Shown here piece after piece: positions 10,201-18,100 of a stretch of 29,716 bases of DNA. This stretch comes from a virus. Lineage: Duplodnaviria > Caudoviricetes. The stretch's first letter is position 1. Every line of letters begins with the position of its first letter. The stretch lies in IMG/VR virus record IMGVR_UViG_3300034418_002387, positions 1 through 29,716 of that record; one strand, written 5' to 3'. The translations under genes were made by a program, and so were the position numbers. The notes beneath the pieces were generated by a model. That model did no database searches, was not told where the DNA came from, and saw only the letters and a list, made by a program, of their open reading frames with translations.

Positions 10201-10569
10201 ACTGTTTCTAAAAACAATCAACCATTAACTAATACAGCTCCATCTATAACTTACCAAACTTCAAACGATCCTTATATAGATGCAGTTGAAGGACAGGGTA
10301 TAATTATTCCAACCATAACAGGTTTAAATGGATCAGCTGACGCAAGTTTAAATACTAGCGGGTTAACCTACTATATAGTTAGTCAATCTGGTCCTGGTGA
10401 TTTTGAAATAGGTTCAGATGGTACATCTGTTATTAATACTGATGGAACCGCTTTTACTGGAAATGCGTACGACAGTCAATTTGTACTAGGGATACAAGAC
10501 AATGGAAGCCCAACAAATCTAATTGCAAGTAAAAGATTTTTTGTTAAATTTAGTTTGTTACTACCTTAA
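7249..10569 (+). CDS. Tail muzzle / stabilization protein (P22 gp10-like), N-terminal-type part
   Basis: MNKDLDSRLIPNGEYRDAKNI, LLFWTDNRNQPRKIN, FSYRFKF, YQVGVVLADKFGRQS motifs resembling crAss-like muzzle proteins. Confidence 0.7.
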   Translation: MAEVKNAFIKSKMNKDLDSRLIPNGEYRDAKNIQVSRSQGDDVGALENIFGNAVAVNGDFAADASAPNIQCIGYVVDESSSFVYLFFTDYTDPYLVEGISTYSTSAKNFIYAYNTLSNQRTKLVEGSFLNFSTNRPITGINVLENLLFWTDNRNQPRKINIQSALDGSVSYNTEDKISVAKYNPYSSINLITASSQAGALVLNTNTSSAITDTNVIPVNSNTNVVVGLGVTGSGVSIGTFVTAINGLNITVNQPQTLSNNAAISFVGLETTMYDVSSPSLPPTSTAKTSAAIGSTPVLSVTIAGVIGAITNGSSVTGNNIVPGTTVVSYIGTTLTFSTGQANIPIGTKLNFGDVNPYFNSNFPGDPQYLEDKFVRFSYRFKFADGEYSIIAPFTQAAFIPKQDGYFLIGDEKQTTLSTVVDFMENKVNKIDLQIPLPVSSDNLLSDYLITEIDIIYKESDSTTIQVVETIEVSSIVGSSSVYVYEYVSQKPYKTLPSDEIIRVYDKIPVKALGQEVASNRVIYSNFQNKHTPPNFIDYQVGANQKLPFDSTSSAKSTVEYPNHNLKQNRNYQVGVVLADKFGRQSTVILSSNTDNTSNGFGADTIYLPYSSVNDSIDFLGNSIKTRFNSVLSGVGIDKNESVGIPGLYNGDTSDVNYNPLGWYSYKIVVKQTEQEYYNVYTTGVMKGLPYYSTTTNPQVPLTDTSTSFITLLNDNINKIPRDLKEVGAQDKQFRSSVRLFGRVENTTIAFSDVGNKQYLPGKRSFTVNQIEDLFDAFDVLQFEGSTGSVIPVSDSHSPYYAFFRAESNPFIAEFVTSQTDTDQFGVINVEYNNNGSTLYSRFENLNIFETKPTESNLDIYWETSTSGLISDLNVAINETVQASLISNWSYIHNEATSDDTTVVDSFIFQDIIGTTLTNIHNVTMSVTDNSGADVTSKFNLVNNGNNTYSVKTAVGKFFYYDTVASKNAFDFVFNVTLVSGGAVSTVSKNNQPLTNTAPSITYQTSNDPYIDAVEGQGIIIPTITGLNGSADASLNTSGLTYYIVSQSGPGDFEIGSDGTSVINTDGTAFTGNAYDSQFVLGIQDNGSPTNLIASKRFFVKFSLLLP

Positions 10570-10605
10570 AGTAACTTACGTGATAAACAAGTAATAATAA
10601 AACAA

Positions 10606-12174
10606 ATGGCAGCGACTATAGAAGTAAAATTCTTTAACTCTTTTCTTTTAAAGAAGACTATAAAAAATGGTGTTCCTGTTTGGAACGGTTCTACTGGAGT
10701 GCCTGAAGGTGTCGCTGGTTCTAACCCAGTTAATACTGGTGGTACTCAAGATGATAGTTACTATATTGAAGAAGCTAGAATTAGAGGAGGTTACAATAAC
10801 ACAAACGTTTCTTACGGTGTAAGAGCTTATCTAGTTGAAGATGAGCCTAAGTCATCTATAAGGTTTAATTCACTAATATATTCTGGGATTTTTAACTCTA
10901 GAACAGGTATTAATGATACTAATGTTTTTAGTGTTGGTCAAGATATAACTAAATCTGTAGATCCCGCAAACGGTAGTATACAAAAACTATACGCTGAAGA
11001 TACTAACTTAATAGTATTTCAAGAAAGAAAAGTAAATAGAGCGTTAATAGACAAAGACGCGATATATTCAGCTGAAGGAGGTGGTAGTGTTACTTCATCT
11101 AATCTAGTTATAGGACAGATAATACCTTATGCTGGTAACTTTGGTATAAGTAAAAACCCAGAAAGTTTTGCGGTGTATGGTTATAGAAAATACTTTACAG
11201 ACAGGGTAAGAAATGCTGTTTTAAGATTATCTATGGACGGTATAACTGAAATATCTAACTATGGTATGGTTGATTATTTTAGAGATGAATTATCAACTTT
11301 AAATACAGTTTCTACGCCTGGAAAAGCTATTGGAGCTTGGGATATATATAATAAGCAATATGTTTTAAGTCTGCAAAATCAAATACAAGTAGCTGAGTCT
11401 CAGACAAATAATGCGGTTAGTAACAGTAGAATAATATCTGTAAATTCTGTTAATAATATAGTACCTGGTTTGAATGTTTATGGCACAGGTGTTCAACGTA
11501 ATACAATAGTGGCTAGCGTAGACGTAGCTAATTTAAATATAGTAGTTAATAAAAACCAAACGATAAGTAATAACACTAATTTAAACTTTACCAGCTATAA
11601 CACATTGTCCTTTGACGAAGCTGTATTAGGTTGGACTAGTCTATTTGATTATGAGCCAGAACAAGCTTTTAGTTTAGGTGGTAATTACTATTCAATTAAA
11701 GATGGTAAAATATGGCAACATTATTCTACCACAGTAAGCAGAAATAACTTGTATGGAGTCCAGTATGATTCATCTGTAGAATTTATATTCAACCCAAACC
11801 CCAGTACATCAAAGGTATTTAAAACTGTTAATTACGAAGGCTCTAATGGTTGGGAAGTACCAAGCTTTAATGCTGCTAGAAGTTTTGAGCTAAATGACAC
11901 GGCTAAACCTGTTTTAAGTTTTGACGATGGAGCATATACAGATCCAACATATGGAGTACAGGTACATGCTGGTTTTAATAAAAAAGAAGGTAAGTATTAC
12001 GCTAATCTAGTTAACTCTAGTCCGGCTACAACTGGAGAGGTTGTGTTTGGTGCTAGTATGACTGGTGTTAAAGGTTATTATTCAACAGTTACAATAAAAT
12101 CAGATAGTGATAACAGAAGTTTACCACTAGAATTATTTGCAGTGTCGTCAGATTATGTGACATCTGCTTACTAA
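10606..12174 (+). CDS. Tail muzzle / stabilization protein, C-terminal-type part
   Basis: GSIQKL, GISKNPESFA, YFTD, TLSFDE..GWTS, KKEGKYY and KGYY motifs matching the C-half of crAss-like muzzle proteins. Confidence 0.7.
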   Translation: MAATIEVKFFNSFLLKKTIKNGVPVWNGSTGVPEGVAGSNPVNTGGTQDDSYYIEEARIRGGYNNTNVSYGVRAYLVEDEPKSSIRFNSLIYSGIFNSRTGINDTNVFSVGQDITKSVDPANGSIQKLYAEDTNLIVFQERKVNRALIDKDAIYSAEGGGSVTSSNLVIGQIIPYAGNFGISKNPESFAVYGYRKYFTDRVRNAVLRLSMDGITEISNYGMVDYFRDELSTLNTVSTPGKAIGAWDIYNKQYVLSLQNQIQVAESQTNNAVSNSRIISVNSVNNIVPGLNVYGTGVQRNTIVASVDVANLNIVVNKNQTISNNTNLNFTSYNTLSFDEAVLGWTSLFDYEPEQAFSLGGNYYSIKDGKIWQHYSTTVSRNNLYGVQYDSSVEFIFNPNPSTSKVFKTVNYEGSNGWEVPSFNAARSFELNDTAKPVLSFDDGAYTDPTYGVQVHAGFNKKEGKYYANLVNSSPATTGEVVFGASMTGVKGYYSTVTIKSDSDNRSLPLELFAVSSDYVTSAY

Positions 12175-12184
12175 ATAAAATTAA

Positions 12185-12589
12185 ATGCAATTAAACACTA
12201 GAAAATTAAAAGAGAGCGACTGGGAAACCTTATGTTCTTGGTGGGACGAGTGGCCTGAATGGCAAAATCCACCTAGAGATTTTTTACCTGATAACGGTAA
12301 AGGAGGTTTAATGGTTGAAAAAGACGTGCCTATTGTAGCGGGTTTTATATATTACACTAATTCTAAGGGAGCTTTATTGGAATGGGTTGTATCTAATCCA
12401 GAGTATAAAGAAAATGACAGAAAACAAGCTATAGCGCTTTTAATAAATGCAGCTGAAGAAGTTTGTAAAGCAAATGGTGTAAAATACATGTTCTCTATAG
12501 GTAGAAATAAATCATTAATAAATATACATGAAGAACTTGGTTGGCATGTAGACGACAAGTCTTCTAAAGAATTAGTAAAAAAAATATAA
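12185..12589 (+). CDS. GNAT-fold protein (putative acetyltransferase in the tail/ejection block)
   Basis: GNAT-like pattern (VAGFIY, LEWVVSNPEY..R, LLINAAEEVCKANG, HEELGW). Position between nozzle and ejection genes is like T7 gp13. Confidence 0.65.
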   Translation: MQLNTRKLKESDWETLCSWWDEWPEWQNPPRDFLPDNGKGGLMVEKDVPIVAGFIYYTNSKGALLEWVVSNPEYKENDRKQAIALLINAAEEVCKANGVKYMFSIGRNKSLINIHEELGWHVDDKSSKELVKKI

Positions 12590-12592
12590 ATT

Positions 12593-13543
12593 ATGGGTGT
12601 AGTAACAGCTTTAGCCGTTGGCGCAGCGGCAAGTTTAGCAGGTGGAGCGATAGCCGGTGGAGCAGCAGGTAGAGCAGCGAAAAGAGCTAGATCAGATAAA
12701 CAAAGAGCTCAAGCCGAATTAGATTCTATTAAAAACTCTAGACAACAGATAACAAATCCATATGCTTCTACAGAGGACCTTAGTGGGTTAGCTACAGATC
12801 TTAGTAGTCAATTATCTAATCCATTCGAGAATTTAGGTGTAGCAACTAAAGCGGCTGAAATACAGATAGAGCAAGCTGATATATCACTAGCAAACACATT
12901 AGATACATTAAGAGCTACAGGCGCTTCAGCTGGTGGTGCTACTGCACTTGCTCAAGCCGCGTTACAAAGTAAACAAGGTGTTGCAGCTAGTATTGAGCAA
13001 CAAGAGGCACAAAATGAAAAGCTAAGAGCTCAAGGAGAACAGAACCTTTTAAATGCTAAAATGTCTGAACAACAAAGAATGCAAAGCATTGCTATATCTG
13101 AAGGTCAAAGAGTACAAGCAACTGAAGCAGCTGGAAAACAGTTCATGTTTCAATCTCAAGAGAATAGAACAAATGCAGATCTTGATAGAGCAGCTGGTCA
13201 AATATCACAAGCTCAAGCTAATGAAGCTTCGGCTAATCAAGCTAAAGCACAAGCCTGGGGTAGTGCTATAGGTGGTGTTAGTAGTATGGTTGGAGCTGGT
13301 CTTTCGGGTGGTGCTTTTGGTACATCTGATCGTAGGTTAAAGGAGAACATAAAATTAATAGGTAAATCAAAAAGTGGTTTAAATATATATAGTTTTGAAT
13401 ATATTGACAAGTCTTTTAGCAAAGAAACATGGCAAGGTGTTATGTCTGATGAGGTTCCACAAAATGCTGTTGTTAAAAACTTTTCAGGTATATATGACGG
13501 TGTAGACTACTCTAAGATTGACGTAGAATTTAAACAAGTATAA
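12593..13543 (+). CDS. Ejection/pilot protein with C-terminal peptidase S74-like intramolecular chaperone domain
   Basis: G/A-rich hydrophobic N-terminus, Q/A-rich coiled coil, then SDRRLKENI...GLNIYSFEY...GVMSDEV...VDYSKI. Confidence 0.7.
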   Translation: MGVVTALAVGAAASLAGGAIAGGAAGRAAKRARSDKQRAQAELDSIKNSRQQITNPYASTEDLSGLATDLSSQLSNPFENLGVATKAAEIQIEQADISLANTLDTLRATGASAGGATALAQAALQSKQGVAASIEQQEAQNEKLRAQGEQNLLNAKMSEQQRMQSIAISEGQRVQATEAAGKQFMFQSQENRTNADLDRAAGQISQAQANEASANQAKAQAWGSAIGGVSSMVGAGLSGGAFGTSDRRLKENIKLIGKSKSGLNIYSFEYIDKSFSKETWQGVMSDEVPQNAVVKNFSGIYDGVDYSKIDVEFKQV

Positions 13544-13544
13544 C

Positions 13545-15119
13545 ATGAGCTATAGAAATCCACAAATAATAGTAGATAGATCAGCTGAGATATGGGCTCA
13601 GAGCATCGGTAAAATAGGTGAAACTATTAGCGGTGGTATAACAGACTATTACAAAGCTAAAAAAATTGCTGAAGAAAAGCAGAAAAAAATAGACGAAGCT
13701 AAAAATAGGTTTTTAGTAAATACAGAGCTACAGCAAGATAAAGATATATTAAAAATAGTTTCAGATGTAAAAGATACTAGAGTAAGAGATGAGCTCACTA
13801 AAATATTTCAAGAAAAAGGTGGTGCCGCTATGAATGCTTCAGCCGAATTAGGTATGAACACTAATTTATCTAAACAAGATAGACAAAAATATAGAAAAGC
13901 TATAAATGATTTTCAATCTTATATGGTTAACAGTAAAGATCAAATAAATAACATCTCTACTGGTGCGCAGGAGTTTAACGATTTAACCATAGATCAAGTA
14001 GTCTCGGGTCATGCACCTAGTTCTGGTGATGAATTATCTAACCTAGTAGGTGTTATGGCTATTAATGGTAAAAAAACTCCAGGTGTTGAAAGCACTATAA
14101 ATGTTGCTGCTGATGGTAATAATTCAAATATACTTAAAATAAACTCGCGTATAAAAGTTGGGAGTGATGTATATAATAAATTCAAGGAAGCTAACTTATT
14201 AGGTGATTATGAAGAATCTGATGGATATGTTAATATAAAATTTGAGAGAGATTTATCAAAATGGGACGGATCATTTTTCGAGCCTATACCAGCTGAAAGT
14301 GATAGAAACAAAACACTTCAAGAGTCTAATATATTTGACGATAAAAACCAACTAACAAAAGAATTTGTTTACCCAAACATAACTACTAGAACTGTTGGTG
14401 GTTTTGAATATAAAGAGCAAGTTGTAAACAATGCTGCTATTGAAGATAATGTAGCTTATATGGATTTAATTAAATCTCATGCTAAAGGAATAATGTCTTA
14501 CCCAATGAAGCAACAAAAACAATTTATCACTGGTAGATTGAAATGGGATAAAGAAACTGCTGATGCTTATGAAAATACCTCAGTAGAAAAAAGAGAGGAA
14601 TTTTTAAAAGGTCAAATGATTGATAGAAACCTGAAGTCTTTAGGAACTGAAAGAAAAGCTACGCCCGAAGATGTAAGAAACTTAGGTCTACCTAACCTTA
14701 AAGTAGGTGATCCAATATACACTAAAAACATTGGAAAACCTACAGCTGTAGAAGTAGAAGATATAGGTAAAGAAGAAGAAAAAGATTTTAAACTTGAAGC
14801 TGCTGAGAGAGCTGTTAACGATCTTTTAGAAGATCCTATATCTTACTTAACAAATATCGGTGGTCCAGAAAGTGGTGGAGTTGGTGATAGGAGATACGAC
14901 GAAGAAACTAAAATACTTGAATTTTCTATGACAGATAAAAAAACTGGAAATAAAAAAATGAAAAAGTTTGATCTTTCTGACAAATCTCAAGTTAAAAATC
15001 TAGCTAGAACCTTATTTGATTTTAGAGGTAATAAAAGCTTAGAGGTTTCTGAAAATATAGATAGTGTAGTTGATAAAGTATTTGACTTTAGTAAGACTGG
15101 TGATTTACCAATTTTTTAA
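13545..15119 (+). CDS. Putative internal virion (ejection) protein
   Basis: 524 aa, charged and helical. Lies between the pilot protein and the giant protein. Confidence 0.5.
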   Translation: MSYRNPQIIVDRSAEIWAQSIGKIGETISGGITDYYKAKKIAEEKQKKIDEAKNRFLVNTELQQDKDILKIVSDVKDTRVRDELTKIFQEKGGAAMNASAELGMNTNLSKQDRQKYRKAINDFQSYMVNSKDQINNISTGAQEFNDLTIDQVVSGHAPSSGDELSNLVGVMAINGKKTPGVESTINVAADGNNSNILKINSRIKVGSDVYNKFKEANLLGDYEESDGYVNIKFERDLSKWDGSFFEPIPAESDRNKTLQESNIFDDKNQLTKEFVYPNITTRTVGGFEYKEQVVNNAAIEDNVAYMDLIKSHAKGIMSYPMKQQKQFITGRLKWDKETADAYENTSVEKREEFLKGQMIDRNLKSLGTERKATPEDVRNLGLPNLKVGDPIYTKNIGKPTAVEVEDIGKEEEKDFKLEAAERAVNDLLEDPISYLTNIGGPESGGVGDRRYDEETKILEFSMTDKKTGNKKMKKFDLSDKSQVKNLARTLFDFRGNKSLEVSENIDSVVDKVFDFSKTGDLPIF

Positions 15120-15139
15120 TAATTAAAATAAAATAAAAT

Positions 15140-18100
15140 ATGTATACTTATAAAAACGTTTCATATACTATAAATCAAATACAAGAAGCTGCAAAAAAGT
15201 CTAATATGTCTGTTGAAGATTATGTTGAAAAAATAAAAGCAGATACTCAACCTAAAACTGATGAAAAGGTAGAAGATGCAGACTTGCTTGATCCAACAAC
15301 TTTTCAAACGGACGCTGCAGCGGGTGCGGGTGTAGTGTCTCAACCAATGACAGCATCACAAGCGGGCGTTACGGAATTACCTTCGGTAAATACTTCTTCG
15401 GAATTACAAGATCTTGATTCAACAAAACCTTTGTCAGCTAGTGAAAAAAGAATAGCAACTAGAAAAAAAAGACAACAAGAAAAGCAAGATAGATTAAAGG
15501 CTGAAGCAATTTTAGCTACTAATGTAATAAACGATAGAATAAAAAACATACCAAAAGAAGATATAGTAGCCATTCAAGCTAATGATTATTTTGGACCTAT
15601 AAAAAGTAGAAACGACAGAACGACTGTAAGTAAAACTGTTCCTGGTATGATGGCTCCAACTGTTGCTTTTGAACCTACTTTTGATTCAGATGAAAGCTAT
15701 ACTAAGTACTTGAAAGAAACTTTAGGTAACAAATACGATCAATATTTAAATTATAAAGAAACAAATAAAATAGTACCTCTTAATAGCCAAAATCAGTCTC
15801 AGTTAGAGGGTATATATAACGAAGCTGAAACACAGGCTAAAGACAAAGTATATAACAATAGTCTATTCAATGTTTCAGAAAATGTACAAGAGTACATGGT
15901 GGCTAGTCCAAAATTTGCTACCGGAGCAGAAAGTTTAGAAGCTCAAAAGTTTTTAATTAAAGAGCAAAAACAAAGTATAGATAAAAACTACGAAAACTAC
16001 GAAAAAGCTAAAAAAGAATGGGAGTCTCAAGCCTTGCCACTTAATAAAGAAGTTAAAGATCTTAAGGCCCAAATAGATAGATTTACGTTTTATTCTGGTG
16101 GTGCAAGTCAAGAACAAGTAGATCAATATAATGAGTTGATACAGAACTTTAACACCAAGATACAGCAGTGGGAAGAAAAAGGTTTTAATGAATTACCAGC
16201 TTTTGTAAACTCACAGGCTAAGCTAGTAAATTCACAGCAAGAAGATTACTCTAAAATGCTTGAGGACTCTAGAAAAGCTTTGGTAGATGCTGATTTATTT
16301 GAAAAAAATCTTAAACAAGATTACAGCACAAGCGCTAGAGTTGGTAGGGTTTTTGATGAATTTTTTGTACAGTCTGGTAGAAACTTTTTAGACTTATATT
16401 CTGAGTTATATTTAAAAGGAGCTAAAAAAATAGGTGAATTTTATCAACCTCTCTCTTTTTTAACAAGCCCAGAAAATTCTGAAAAAATAGATTCTTTAAT
16501 ACAGACGATACAGAAAAATAATAAAAACTACAACTTAAGTATGGCCTCTAAAAGAGAGAACATACCAACATCTCCTTCGATAGATGACATAGGTAAAGAC
16601 GGCTTATCTGTGTGGGACTGGACATCTATAGCGCTTCAAGATAATTCAGCTACTATATCTACTACATTTGTACCAGGTTTAGCTCAATTAAAAGGAGCTA
16701 CTACATTAACTAAAGCTATAAAAACTGGTAAGGGAGTAAAAGATGCTTTACAAAAACAAAAAGCCTTATGGTTAGCTGGTAAAAGAACTGTTCAAGGAAC
16801 TTTCTTTGTAGCTGAAACAGGTGGTAAATATGGAGAACTGCAAACGGATGAAGCATCTAGAGAACAAGAAATAAAGTTTTTATACTCAAAATTAGATAAT
16901 ACTGAGGATATAGGTGATAAAACTAAAATATATAATAAGATTAAAGAGCTTGAAGAAATAGAAGATTATAGTTTACTTCAAAAAGCATTTACGTCTTTTA
17001 GCGCTGGGACTACAGCTACATTTCTTGAAAGTATAAGTACTTTAAAAATGCTAGAACCTGCTAAAGGTTTAGCTAAACAAATAGGTATTAACGCAGCTAA
17101 AAAAGAATTATACAAACAACCTGTTAGATTTAGTGCCAACTTAATAGGTAAGACAGTAGCGGGTTTAAAATCTTTACCAAAAAATCTTACTGGAGAAATA
17201 CTAGAAGAAACAGCTACAGAAATATCTCACAACGCTTTAGATATATTAGTGTTAGGTGAAAACAAATCCATGTTTGAAGGAATAAATAAAGACTTTCTAG
17301 CAAGTACAGCTGTTAGTAGTTTTGGTATAATGGCGCCTAGGTCAGCTGGAAATATATTTAACATTGTTAAGAGTGAGTTTAGAACTAGAGGTGAAATATT
17401 TAAGAACCAAGAATTAGCTAGAGAGCTTATAGATCTTAATGAAGCAACAACACCGGAGAATTCAACACAGCTTAGAACTAGAAAAAAAGAAATATTAAAA
17501 GAACTAGCTCTTAGTGATGCTATTAGCTTGCATAAGTTAAGGTATATGACAGCGAATCAAATAGAAGAGGTTGCTGACATCAATAGACAAATGAGGCAAG
17601 TTAATAGTAAATTTACACAATTAGGTGGCTTAGGTGATTTAGGAGAAGCTGAAAATAAACGTGTTAAAAAACAACTAGAAAAAGAGTATTCTAACTTAAC
17701 TATTGCTAAGCAAGAAATTCTAGATACTAAACAAAGATCTAATATTAAAAAAGCTGCAAACATAAATAAAGCTTTAGGTAATGCTGCTAGAAACTCTGAA
17801 GCGGCTTTTTACTATGGTGTAAATAACTTTTACAATGATCTAACCATGACACAGATGGGTGATGGTGATTTTATTTCTATAAAAGGTGAAATCCAAGATG
17901 ATGGTAAAATAAAATACAACGACTTAGAAAATCAACTAGCTAAGTATAAAAATAAAACTATTAAAGATGAAGATGGTAAAAACGTTGATGCTTTTGAATA
18001 TTTAAAAACAAAAATAGAGCAAGGGGATTTTAACGCTACTACCATTGGAAAAGATATAATAGTAAACCAACCCATAATAGATAGAAATATAGCTATAGCA

